NCBI GenBank assembly: GCA_963774265.1
Contig: CAVZDU010000005.1
Span: 192,001-256,000 of the forward strand
Reading direction: 5' to 3'
Origin: an uncultured Chloroflexia bacterium
Lineage (GTDB): Bacteria; Chloroflexota; Anaerolineae; CG2-30-64-16
DNA length: 64,000 nucleotides
In this document: positions 32,885 to 42,610 of the stretch, one piece after another
Layout: each line of letters opens with the position of its first letter
Position numbering within the stretch: position 1 is the first letter of the stretch
Position numbers and translations under genes: made by a program
The notes under the pieces: generated by a model
Database searches by the model: none
The model's input: the letters and a program-made list of their open reading frames with translations, nothing else
Told to the model about the DNA's origin: nothing

Positions 32885-33201
32885 CGCGCGTGCCGTCACT
32901 TGACTGGTCCGTGTGGGACAAGACAGGTGCTATTATAACACAGGGTCTGGGGATGGTATGTGCGTCCGGGTTGTGGGGGCGACCGCAGGTAACCCACTAG
33001 AGTCTGTTATGCATTTTGACTGATCACTTAGCAGGCAGGGGAGCGATCAAGGTCACGCTCATTGCGGGGGAGCCGTTAAAGAAGGCGAATGGCGGCCAAG
33101 GTTGTTCCGAGATTGGGCGGGAAAAGGGGGGCCTTGCCGTCGCAAGGTGAGTGACTGCTCACGTACCCGCGAAGCGACAGGCGTCAGGCCCCCCTGGTTA
33201 C

Positions 33202-34211
33202 TCAACGCGATACGCCGTGGGGCGGAGTCGAGACGTGGTCGATCTTCCAGATCTCCCCGGTGAGGGTGACCACGTACGCGGTGTTCCCGATGAACTCGAG
33301 CGAGGTCGGTTGGTTCAGACCGCCAATGATAACGGTGAACGTGCCGTTCCCGTTGACCTCCACGAGCGCGCCGGTGTTCGGCTTCGCCGGACTGCCTGCA
33401 TCGTCAGGGATGGTCCCCTCCCAGACACCCTGCGAGAGGGCGTAGAGCTTGCGACCGAGGCCAAACTCCACGTCGACGAGGAGCCTTCCGCCGGAGGCCA
33501 CCACCGACTGGCGGTGGGCGACTTCGACTCGAACGATACCACCTTGCCGTCCTGGGGCAGGTGGGGGAGGGGGCCGGCCTCGGCCATGTAAATCGTGTTG
33601 CCCCACACTGCCAGCCCGGTCGGCACAATGTTGCCGAACGCGATCAACTCGGTGACGCTGCCGTCGAGCCTGACCCGCAACACGCGGTTGAGGTGTCCAT
33701 CGGTGACCAGAAAGCCGCCACGGTAGGGTTGCATCGCGTACTGCACTCCGGTCGGAACGCCGAATGGAGTGTTCGGCGGGTGGTTCATGGAGAACGTGCC
33801 AATGTCCGCGATGACGGTGAAGGAGTCCAGGTCGTCTACCCGGTAGATGCCGACAACATCGCTGCCACCCACATCGGAGCCAACGAGCGTGACGAGTACG
33901 TACGCGGTCTTATCGATGAACGCGATGTCCATCGCTCCACCCAGAGGTTTGATCCTTTTCGGCAGACCGCTGGCGAACGTCTTGACGTTCCCGGTCTTGG
34001 GATCGACACGCAAGATCCTGCCGGCTGCGGTTTCGGTGACATACAGCGCACCATCCGGGCCGATGGTGCTGCCCGAGCCACCTTGCAGGCCCGAGACCAG
34101 CAGGGAGGCAGTGGGCGCCCCGGACGAAATTGGGGCTGCGTATGCGGTGACACTGCCAAGGACGAGCATACAACTTATGGCGAGACCTATCGCCAGGTTT
34201 TTCCTGTTCAT
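33202..34211 (-). CDS. Secreted ScyD/ScyE-family beta-propeller protein (frameshift near 33510)
   Basis: Signal peptide, GSTIGPDGALYVTE, FLVTDGHLNRVLRV, VPTGLA, then GGRLLVDVEFG...GLNQPTSLEFIGNTAYVVTLTGEIWKI. Confidence 0.75.
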
Positions 34212-34342
34212 GACATTTCTCCTTAATTGGATGTCTGGTTGCCAGCATTGGGTATGTTATGATGTGCTCGACACTCACTCGCTTGCCGAGCAACTGGGGG
34301 CTCTGACCCTCAGAAGACCCCAGTCGCCGTATCTCCAACTCG

Positions 34343-34786
34343 TTACCGCCCACCACCCGGCACGTGCTTCTCCGAAGGCGCGGTGCGTCCCGCATAGGAC
34401 CTGCCCGTCGGGGCAATTTCGCTGTTCACCGAACCGTTGCCAATAGCGGGTTTGGCGAGCATGAGAGGACCGTGCGCATAGTACTCGGCCATTGCGGTGT
34501 ACCGGGCGGCGGCGGCGGCATTGCTGCGCTCAAGCCTGGCCGCATCACTGGCGGCGTAAGCCTCGCCCATCGCGGTGGAGCGGGCGGCAGCGGCGGCGTT
34601 GCTGCGCTGAAGCCTTGCCGCATTGTCGTGCTCTGCGGCGACATTCACGGACGAGGGGGCACTCACGGCAGTAGCGGCAACGCTCGCTTGCGATCGCACG
34701 CTCATGATCGCTCCAAGGACGAGCAGCAAAGCCGCTACGCCAAGGAATGCCAGGGTCCGCGGACTAATTCTGCTTGAGACGTTCAT
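34343..34786 (-). CDS. Secreted Ala-rich protein with a 26-aa tandem repeat
   Basis: Hydrophobic N-terminus; AARLQRSNAAAAARSTAMGEAY / AARLERSNAAAAARYTAMAEYY; 78-bp DNA period (34521/34599); RBS GGAGA. Confidence 0.7.
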   Translation of the reverse strand: MNVSSRISPRTLAFLGVAALLLVLGAIMSVRSQASVAATAVSAPSSVNVAAEHDNAARLQRSNAAAAARSTAMGEAYAASDAARLERSNAAAAARYTAMAEYYAHGPLMLAKPAIGNGSVNSEIAPTGRSYAGRTAPSEKHVPGGGR

Positions 34787-34851
34787 CTTCTTTTCTCCTG
34801 TAAGTTTCATCTTATACACTCCTGATTCTCTTCTTGGCGCTTCAGGTAGCT

Positions 34852-35124
34852 CTACCGGTAGAAGTAGGGGTCGAGCACGCTCACCGGCGTGATGCGGTCG
34901 ACGGGTAGGCCGTTGCGCTGGGCCGCGCTGCGCACGGCGTCCGGCGTCGGGCCATCGTAAATGCAGAAGGTTTTGCGCTTGTCCCCGGTCACATAGGACT
35001 GTATCCAGGTGACGCCGTCTTGGGTGTTGTTGTCCACCACCAGCAAGCAGGTGGCCGCGCCCTGCTCGTTTACCGGGATGGCCAGGCCGTCGGGGAAGGT
35101 TCGTTCGACCATGTAGCGAGTCAT
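34852..35124 (-). CDS. DUF4242 (SCO4226-like) domain protein
   Basis: RYMVERTFPDGL...VTWIQSYV...KTFCIYDGPTPDAVR...NGLPVDRITPVSVLDPYFY. Confidence 0.88.
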   Translation of the reverse strand: MTRYMVERTFPDGLAIPVNEQGAATCLLVVDNNTQDGVTWIQSYVTGDKRKTFCIYDGPTPDAVRSAAQRNGLPVDRITPVSVLDPYFYR

Positions 35125-35175
35125 TGTGTCATCCTTTCATTGTATTGGTATATCTCATGTGTCAATCTTGTACAC

Positions 35176-35243
35176 ACTATACACCCGGCGTCCGCGCATT
35201 TCGTCGGGGAAACCACTACAAAAACGCGTGGGGGAACTCTACA
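35176..35243 (-). promoter_or_regulatory. Promoter of the DUF4242 operon: TATAGT -10 with two upstream direct repeats
   Basis: Minus strand TGTAGAGTTCCCC (35231-35243) and TGTAGTGGTTTCCCC (35206-35220); actata at about 35177-35182. Confidence 0.5.
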
Positions 35244-35262
35244 GAACACAGAAGATTGCCGG

Positions 35263-35291
35263 TTGACTTTATGAACTTTTGTTCGTATAAT
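35263..35291 (+). promoter_or_regulatory. Sigma70 promoter with a LexA (SOS) box in the spacer
   Basis: TTGACT-N17-TATAAT with GAACttttGTTC at 35273-35284. Confidence 0.8.
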
Positions 35292-35336
35292 GATATCGGC
35301 AACCAACTTCAATGAGCTAGCTCAGGGCAAGCGGTG

Positions 35337-36596
35337 ATGGACGTTCGAGAACGATTGGCGATACTGTGCCGGGCGGCAGCCTACGATGACCTGACGACGC
35401 CCAGTGGCGAGTCTTCGGGCGATGGTCGAGGGTTGTTCGTCCCCTCGGACGACACCGGCCCGATCGACGCCCGTGTCCTCCCCTGCGTCTCGCACCTCAG
35501 CACGCCCGATGGCCAACGTCGCGCGATCCTCAAGGTCCTTCAGACCAGCTCGTGCCAGAACGACTGCCACTATTGCGCGTTCCGAGCCGGCCGCGACACC
35601 CGCCGTACACACGTCACACCTGACGAGATGGCCCGCAGTTTTGATCTCATGTATCGCGCCGGCCTGGTCGAGGGGATGTTCCTGTCCTCCGGCATCGTTG
35701 GGGTGAATCGGACGATGGATGAGATGCTGGCGACCGTGGAACTGGTCCGGGAGAAGTATGGGTTTCGCGGCTACGTGCACCTGAAGCTGCTCCCCGGCGC
35801 GGAGGCGGCCCACGTGGAGGCCGCAGTGCGGCTGGCCGACCGCGTGTCAGTCAATCTGGAGGGCGCGACGCCCGAGCGCCTGGCGCGGCTGGCGCCGAAA
35901 AAGCAGACAGAAGAACTCCTGGCTCCGTTGCGCACTGCGGCGCAGGTTCGCCGGCGGCTGATCGAGTCGGGTGAACTGCCCCCCCGCGGCGATCGCTGGT
36001 CGCGAAGCGGATCCTCGGGCGCGGCCCAGGCGCATCGTTGGGGCAACGCCTGGCTCGGCCTGTCCACTCAGTTCGTCGTGGGGCCCGCGGGCGAGAGCGA
36101 CCGCGAGCTGCTGGCGACGGTCCAGATGCTCTATCGGGAGTTGCACCTCTCGCGGACCTACTATAGCGCGTTCACACCTGTCGCCCGCACCCCCCTGGAA
36201 GGCGAGCCGCCCACTTCTCCTCTTCGCGAGCATCGGCTGTACCAGGCCGATTGGCTGATGCGTTTCTACGACTTCGCGGCCGACGAGTTGCCTTTCGATC
36301 CCGCAGGTCAACTGCGGACCGATGTCGACCCAAAGGCGGCCTGGGCGCGCGCCCACCCGGAGCGCTTCCCGATCGAGGTCAACCAGGCGCCGCTGAGCCA
36401 GCTGCTCCGCATCCCCGGCATCGGCCCCCACTCGGCGGCCGCGATCATCGAAGCCCGTCACCTGGCTCCCCTATGTGAGATCGGCGATCTGCGCCGGCTG
36501 GGCGCACGCGCGGATCAGTCCGCGCCCTATGTGCTGTTGAACGGCAAACGGCCGCCATATCAGCCACCGCTGCCGCTCCCCTCCTCGCCAATTTGA
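35337..36596 (+). CDS. Putative DNA modification/repair radical SAM protein with C-terminal helix-hairpin-helix (TIGR03916-like)
   Basis: CQNDCHYC, GMFLSSG, GYVHLKLLPG, ADRVSVNLE, REHRLYQADWLMRFY, LLRIPGIGP. Confidence 0.9.
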   Translation: MDVRERLAILCRAAAYDDLTTPSGESSGDGRGLFVPSDDTGPIDARVLPCVSHLSTPDGQRRAILKVLQTSSCQNDCHYCAFRAGRDTRRTHVTPDEMARSFDLMYRAGLVEGMFLSSGIVGVNRTMDEMLATVELVREKYGFRGYVHLKLLPGAEAAHVEAAVRLADRVSVNLEGATPERLARLAPKKQTEELLAPLRTAAQVRRRLIESGELPPRGDRWSRSGSSGAAQAHRWGNAWLGLSTQFVVGPAGESDRELLATVQMLYRELHLSRTYYSAFTPVARTPLEGEPPTSPLREHRLYQADWLMRFYDFAADELPFDPAGQLRTDVDPKAAWARAHPERFPIEVNQAPLSQLLRIPGIGPHSAAAIIEARHLAPLCEIGDLRRLGARADQSAPYVLLNGKRPPYQPPLPLPSSPI

Positions 36597-36621
36597 CAGG
36601 CGCACCCGCCCCAAGTATAAG
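36593..36621 (+). promoter_or_regulatory. Sigma70 promoter with a near-leaderless start
   Basis: TTGACA-N17-TATAAG, ATG 9 nt downstream. Confidence 0.6.
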
Positions 36622-36630
36622 TGGTACCCT

Positions 36631-37287
36631 ATGACGATTTGGGCGCTCCTCTCCGATGTCCACGGCCGCCGTGACCGGCTGTCGCGCGTGCTTGCCGACA
36701 TCCAGGCGCAGCGCGCCGAACAAATCCTGGCGCTCGGCGACATCGCCAGCACCAGCGCGCTGACGGAGCTCGACCGCGCCGGCGCGATCTGCGCCTTCGG
36801 AAACTGGGAGGCCTCCGGGCTGCGCGGCCTCCCCGCGCCGTACCGTGGCTGGGTGGCGCGCTGGCCTGCAGTCCTGCGCTACGATGGGTTTTGGGCCGCG
36901 CACGCCAGCCCGGTCTGGCCGGATGGCCTCGACATCGGCGGCGTGGTCGAGCATCTGCGCTCGCGCGGGCTGCACTGGACGCACCTCTTTCCCTCGATGC
37001 AGTTTTCCGAAGGCGGCCGAGCTGCGGCATTTGCTGCTTTGGAGGCCGGAGGGGCCGCGGTATTCTTTCATGGCCATACGCATCTGCAGGAAGCATGGCG
37101 GTTGCGGCCAGGCGAGGAGCCGCTGCGCATCGAGGCCGCGGCCTGCACGGACGGCGAGCTGGTCCTCGAAGACGAGAGTCGCTGGCTTGTGGGCGTGGGC
37201 AGCGTCGGCGACCCGCACGATGGACCCGGCGCCTGCTACGCACTGTACGACACGGAGGAGCGGCGCGTCCTCTGGCGCCGAGTGTAA
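36631..37287 (+). CDS. Calcineurin-like metallophosphoesterase
   Basis: SDVHG, LGD, GNW, HASP, GHTH, GSVG. Confidence 0.88.
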   Translation: MTIWALLSDVHGRRDRLSRVLADIQAQRAEQILALGDIASTSALTELDRAGAICAFGNWEASGLRGLPAPYRGWVARWPAVLRYDGFWAAHASPVWPDGLDIGGVVEHLRSRGLHWTHLFPSMQFSEGGRAAAFAALEAGGAAVFFHGHTHLQEAWRLRPGEEPLRIEAAACTDGELVLEDESRWLVGVGSVGDPHDGPGACYALYDTEERRVLWRRV

Positions 37288-37290
37288 GGA

Positions 37291-38088
37291 GTGCAACAGA
37301 TGATCGTTGGCCTGGTCCAATTCAACCCCGTCCGGTACGATGTCGCGGCGAATATCGCCCGGGTCGAGAAGCTCCTGCAGGGCGTCCGGGCGGATCTGCT
37401 GGTGCTGCCCGAGTTGGCGAACTCGGGCTATGTGTATGCTGCACCCGCAGATCTGGCGCCTTTCACCGAGCCGGCCGACGGCTCCGGTCCCTTCCTGACC
37501 GCACTCCAGGCCTGTGCTGGAAAGACCGGGGGCATCATCGTGACAGGGTTGGCCGAGCGAGGCCAGGCTGGGCTATTCAACTCGGCCATCGCGGTCGGTT
37601 CCACGGGGGTCATGCATCTCTACCGCAAAACGCACCTGTTTTTCGAGGAGCAGGACCTGTTCCTGCCGGGCGATACCGGGTTCAGCGTTTTCGAACACGC
37701 CGGAGCTCGCATCGGGATGATGATCTGCTTCGACTGGTATTTCCCCGAGTCTGCGCGCACCCTGGCCCTGCGCGGGGCGCAGATCATCGCCCATCCCTCG
37801 AACCTGGTGCTGCCCAACTGCCAGACGGCCATGGTGACGCGCTGCCTCGAGAACCGGGTGTTCGCGATCACCACGAACCGCTACGGCACAGAGACGTTGG
37901 GCGAGAAGAGCCTGACTTTCACCGGCGCCTCGCAGCTCATGAGCCCCAAGGGCGTGCGGCTGCTTCACGCGCCCGTCGAAGGGGATTGCGTGCTCCTGGC
38001 GGAGATCGACCCGGCGGACGCGGACGACAAATGCCCGACGACGCGCAATCACCTGCTGAATGATCGCCGTCCGGAGATGTATGCGTGA
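37291..38088 (+). CDS. Carbon-nitrogen hydrolase (nitrilase superfamily)
   Basis: LPELANSGY, YRKTHLF, MICFDWYFPE (Glu-Lys-Cys triad). Confidence 0.92.
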   Translation: MQQMIVGLVQFNPVRYDVAANIARVEKLLQGVRADLLVLPELANSGYVYAAPADLAPFTEPADGSGPFLTALQACAGKTGGIIVTGLAERGQAGLFNSAIAVGSTGVMHLYRKTHLFFEEQDLFLPGDTGFSVFEHAGARIGMMICFDWYFPESARTLALRGAQIIAHPSNLVLPNCQTAMVTRCLENRVFAITTNRYGTETLGEKSLTFTGASQLMSPKGVRLLHAPVEGDCVLLAEIDPADADDKCPTTRNHLLNDRRPEMYA

Positions 38089-38212
38089 CCGCCGCCCCTG
38101 CCCTTTGCTTTCGAGGAGAGGGGGGTTAGGTCCCGTCCCGGGCCTGAAACGCGCCCTTCGAGCTCTCTTGGCGCTAGGCATCACAGCCCTTCTTGTGCTA
38201 AAATGATCTTCT

Positions 38213-38972
38213 ATGGCTCAGCACGCACACCTTGATCCATCCGCGTTCTTCTTGCAGGGTGGTCCGAACGGCATCCTGATGATCCACGGCTTCACCGGCT
38301 CGCCGCCCGAGATGCGCCTGGTCGGCGACACGCTGCAACGCGGCAGGGCTGACCGTTGCCGGACCCCGCTTGCCCGGGCATGGGACGACGGTCGAGGAGA
38401 TGAATCGCTGCAAGTGGTCGGATTGGACGGAACACGTGGAGCGATCTTACGAAGCGCTGCGGGAGCGGTGCGAGCGGGTCTTCGTGGCCGGCCTGTCGAT
38501 GGGAGGCCTGTTGACCCTCCATTTTGCAGCGCACCATCCCGAGATTCCCGGCGCAATCGCCTATTCCCCGGCCACCTGGGTTCAGAACCGGCTGCTTCCC
38601 CTGACGCCGCTCTTGCGCTACTTCATTAAGTCAAAGCCCAAAGGGCGCGACAGCGATCTGGTCGATCCCCTGGCCGATCGGCAAGTGTGGTCTTATGACC
38701 TATATCCCGTTTTTGCAGCATCCCAGCTCTACGCCCTGGCCGTACGGGTGCGGCGCCTGCTGCCGAAAATCACCTGTCCGCTCCTGATCGTCTACAGCAC
38801 GGGCGACGGCTCCATCCACCCGACCAGCGCGCAGCGCACTTACGATCGAGTCGGCTCGAAAGACAAGCACATCATCAAAATCGAAGGGTCCGGGCATGTG
38901 ATCACTGCTGATGCGCAATGGCGGTTCGTGACCGAACAGACACTCGCGTGGGTGAGGCAGCATGGCGGATAG
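38213..38972 (+). CDS. Carboxylesterase/monoacylglycerol lipase, alpha/beta hydrolase (frameshift near 38345)
   Basis: IHGFTGSP, LPGHGT, GLSMGG, SGHVIT; extended -10 TGCTAAAAT at 38196. Confidence 0.85.
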
Positions 38973-39912
38973 TGGAGCTAGCCTCAAGGATCGCGGGACC
39001 GAGGACGACCTTTACGACGTGTTATGCTACGGCACGATCAGCGTCGAGAACATCACGCATCTGTCGCACCTGCCGACCCCGCGGCGCGACGCAACGGCCA
39101 GATTTGAATATGACGACCTGGGCGGCGAGGCGCTGAATGTGGCGTTGCCCCTGGCCACGTGGGGACTGCGCGTGGCAGTGGTGGGCAACTTCATCGGCAC
39201 AGATCGCAAGGCCGAGTTCATTCGTACTGAACTGGCGCGCCACCCTGGAGTCGACACGCGCTACCTGACCCAGCACCCTAATGTCACGACTCCTTTCACG
39301 CGCGTGCTTGTCACCCCCGACGGCGAGCGCAGCCGCATCGCCTACTGGTACGATGACGTGCCAAAGGATGAGTTGACGCGCTCGGTGATGGCGCAGGCAA
39401 AGGTGCTCAGTGTGGACGCGTACGGCCGGAGTGAGCGCGATCGCGCGGCCCAGATCGCGCGCGAGCTCGGTAAAACGGTCATAGCCGCCGATGCCATCTG
39501 GCCGCAATATCCCCTCGCCAGCGTTTCTGACGTGGTGACAATCTCCTCCGCCTGGCTGCAAACCAATTTCCCGGGTGTGTTTGATTATGACCATGCGCTG
39601 GACCTGCAAGAGCGGGGTGCGGGCGTGGTGATCATCACCGATGGCAATAAACCCGTGCTCGTGGTGCGGGCGGACGGTGCGCCGTTCGGGGTTGAGCCCT
39701 ACAAAGTGCGCCGCGTGGTCGACACGAGCGGTGCGGGCGATCTCTTCAAGGCTGGCATCATCTACGGCTGGCTGCAGACCGAGTGGCCATTGGAGCAAAA
39801 GGTGAAGTTTGCGTGCGCGGCGGCTGCCTTGAACTGTGAGCGGGATCATTCAAAAGAACCTCCTCCCTCCCTGGCCGACATCCTCGCGCTCATGCGCGCA
39901 CAGCCGCGATAA
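38962..39912 (+). CDS. PfkB family carbohydrate kinase
   Basis: GGEALNVA, DGERS, VVDTSGAGDLF. Confidence 0.9.
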   Translation: MADSGASLKDRGTEDDLYDVLCYGTISVENITHLSHLPTPRRDATARFEYDDLGGEALNVALPLATWGLRVAVVGNFIGTDRKAEFIRTELARHPGVDTRYLTQHPNVTTPFTRVLVTPDGERSRIAYWYDDVPKDELTRSVMAQAKVLSVDAYGRSERDRAAQIARELGKTVIAADAIWPQYPLASVSDVVTISSAWLQTNFPGVFDYDHALDLQERGAGVVIITDGNKPVLVVRADGAPFGVEPYKVRRVVDTSGAGDLFKAGIIYGWLQTEWPLEQKVKFACAAAALNCERDHSKEPPPSLADILALMRAQPR

Positions 39913-39950
39913 GCGGTCCTGCAGATTATCTAGTTCGGAGCTACGGTTTT

Positions 39951-40801
39951 ATGTCTTCTTTTGTTTTCGTCTCGCGCAACGGTGTGATGATTCCTGCCGC
40001 CGAGGCGAGCATCTCCGTCTTCAATCCGGCGATTTACGGCTCTTACGGGGTGTACGAGTCGATGCAGGTGATCGGCGGCGCAGTTTTTGAGCAAGAAGCG
40101 CATCTGCGCCGGCTCGCGCATTCCGCGCAGATCATCGAGCTGCCTCTGCCGGCCGACTTGGCGACCATCGGAACCTGGATCGCCGGCGTGGTGGCCGCAC
40201 ACGGTCGCCAGGATTGCACCATTCGTCTGTTCGTGGTGGGGCCGGACAACGGCGGCGAGCCCGCGGCCTACATCTGGGCGCAGCCGCCGGCAGTGTATCC
40301 CCCCATTTTCTACACGGAGGGCGTCAGCGCGATCACATTTGAGGCGCGGCGCTACCTGCCCGAGGCGAAATCGCTCAACACGCTGGCGAGTTTCCTGGCG
40401 CAGCGCCGGGCGCGTGCCGCGGGCGTCCACGAGGCGTTTCTCTATCATGACGGCTGCCTGACCGAGGGCTCGAACAGCAACCTGTTTGCCGTGGTGAACG
40501 ACGTGGTGCTGACCGCACCGGATCAAGAGGTGCTGGCCGGCGTCACACGAGATGTTCTGATTGCGCTGGCGCGGGGGCCGGCATCCACGTACGCGAGATG
40601 TTGCTGCCCCTCGATGAGATCAGCTGCTGGGACGAGTGCTTTATTACAAGCACCAGCCGGCACGTCATGCCGGTGACGAGTATCGACGACCAGCCCGTCG
40701 GCGACGGCAAGGTCGGGCTCCTCACAAAGCGATCGCGGGAATTGTTTGAGGCGCATTTCGACGCACAGCTCGGGCGCAGGATGAAGCTGCGCTCCAAATA
40801 A
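39951..40801 (+). CDS. Class IV aminotransferase (BCAT/D-Ala/ADC lyase family; frameshift near 40580)
   Basis: YGVYESM, HLRRL, AKSLN, TEGSNSNLF, LAGVTR, DECFITST. Confidence 0.88.
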
Positions 40802-40855
40802 GCTTGGCGCGAATCATGGCATGATGATACAATAGGGCTGATATGTGGAGAGAAG

Positions 40856-42475
40856 ATGGAATTACGCGAATACGTTGGTCTAATACGTAAATGGCTCTGG
40901 CTGATCCTACTGTGCACGCTGCTTGCCGGCGTCATCGCCTATCTTGTCAGCAAGAACATGACGCCGATCTATGAGGCGTCCTCCATCCTGCGCGTAAACC
41001 AGGCCTCCAACCCCGCCACCACCGTCGCCTACGCGGATATTCTGACAAGCGAGCGGTTGGCGCGCACCTACGCCACCCTCTTGACCAGTCGCCCCGTGCT
41101 CGAAGAGACCGCGCTCCGGCTGGGCATCGAGGCTGAGGGGCTCGCGGATGCCGTAAGCGTGACGGCCGTGCGTGACACATTGCTCCTGGAGATTAAGGTC
41201 GAGGGACCTGATCCGCGGTTGATCGCGGACATCGCCAACGTACTGCCTGAGGTCTTTATCGATCGTGACCGAGAGCAACAGCTCGGCCAGGTCATCCAGT
41301 GGCGCGAGGGCTTGGAAACCGAGATCGAAGCGACCCTCGCAGACATTGCACGCACGCAGGAAGACTTGAAGGCTGCCGACGACACCCAAAAGACGCGATT
41401 GGAGGGCAGCCTCGCACAATATCGCACCACCTACTCCAGCCTGCTGGCGAGTGCGCAGCAGGCTAAGATCGCTGAGGCGCAGGCGACGAATAACCTCGTG
41501 GTTTCGGAGCCGGCGATCGTGCCCGAGGATCCTGTTCGCCCTCGCACGTTGACGAACACTCTCCTCGCGGCCGTGATCGGCGCTATGCTGGCCATCGGCG
41601 CGGCATTCCTGATCGAGTACCTGGACGACACAGTCAAAACGCCCGACGACATCGAGCGGGTCAGCGGTCTGTCGACGCTCGGTGCGATCGCGCGGCTGAA
41701 AGACGCCGGCGGCACACGGCAGCTCATCGCCTGGCTGCGCACCAAGGCGCCCGAGTCAGAGGCATACCGCACGCTCCGCACGAATATCCAATTTTCTAGC
41801 GTTGATAAGCCGATCCGCACGCTGCTGGTCACCAGCTCCAGCCCGGGTGAGGGCAAGAGCATGACCACGGCGAACCTCGCAGTCGTCCTCGCACAAACCA
41901 GTCAGAAGGTCATCGTGGTTGACACGGATCTACGCCGCCCCGTGCTGCACAAGGTGTTCGGCGTGCCTAACAACACCGGGCTGACAACTGCACTGCTTGC
42001 AGGCGAGGCCTGGACAGCGGGGGAGCACCTGCAACCCACCGAGATCGAGAATCTGATGCTCCTGCCCAGTGGCCCGATCCCCCCCAACCCATCGGAGCTG
42101 CTCGGCTCACATCGGATGGGACACCTGATCCAGGCGCTGGCCAATGAGGCAGACATTGTCATCTTTGACAGCCCGCCTGTGCTTGCGGTCACGGACGCGA
42201 CCGTCATGGCGCGCCAGGTGGATGGCGTGCTGGTTGTCGCCGATGCGGGCCGCACCAAGGAAGGGGCATTGGCCAGCGCGGCCAACGAGCTTCAGAAGAC
42301 AGGCGCCAACGTTCTCGGGGTCGCGCTGAACCGGCTGGACGCGCGGCGCGGATATAACTACTACTACTATTACTACTATTCCGAGGATGAAACCGGGGAG
42401 CGGCGCAGGTCGTCCCCCAAGGGATCGAATGGGTCGCGTTTCCGGCTGCCGTGGCAGAACAAGCCGGCGGCCTAG
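40856..42475 (+). CDS. Polysaccharide co-polymerase/tyrosine autokinase (Wzc/CapAB-type fusion)
   Basis: Wzz N-terminus, SEAYRTLRTNI, PGEGKS, DTDLRRP, FDSPP, C-terminal YNYYYYYYY; extended -10 TGATACAAT at 40825. Confidence 0.92.
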   Translation: MELREYVGLIRKWLWLILLCTLLAGVIAYLVSKNMTPIYEASSILRVNQASNPATTVAYADILTSERLARTYATLLTSRPVLEETALRLGIEAEGLADAVSVTAVRDTLLLEIKVEGPDPRLIADIANVLPEVFIDRDREQQLGQVIQWREGLETEIEATLADIARTQEDLKAADDTQKTRLEGSLAQYRTTYSSLLASAQQAKIAEAQATNNLVVSEPAIVPEDPVRPRTLTNTLLAAVIGAMLAIGAAFLIEYLDDTVKTPDDIERVSGLSTLGAIARLKDAGGTRQLIAWLRTKAPESEAYRTLRTNIQFSSVDKPIRTLLVTSSSPGEGKSMTTANLAVVLAQTSQKVIVVDTDLRRPVLHKVFGVPNNTGLTTALLAGEAWTAGEHLQPTEIENLMLLPSGPIPPNPSELLGSHRMGHLIQALANEADIVIFDSPPVLAVTDATVMARQVDGVLVVADAGRTKEGALASAANELQKTGANVLGVALNRLDARRGYNYYYYYYYSEDETGERRRSSPKGSNGSRFRLPWQNKPAA

Positions 42476-42610
42476 CCGCGCAACGTGGTGCTGCGCTGGC
42501 GGCAGCCACCCGGGTCTTCTGAAGATTGCGTCGATTGCGCGTCGATTCGCTTTCTGGCGAATTCTCACGCACAAGTAGTAGGGGGTGGTTAGCCGCCCCT
42601 TTTTATATGT

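Noticed and set aside
33202-34211. Scytonemin biosynthesis cluster
   Set aside because: No scyA/B/C or tryptophan pathway genes are in the window.
42352-42379. (TAC)n microsatellite as a phase-variation tract
   Set aside because: It encodes the expected autophosphorylated Tyr cluster of a BY-kinase.
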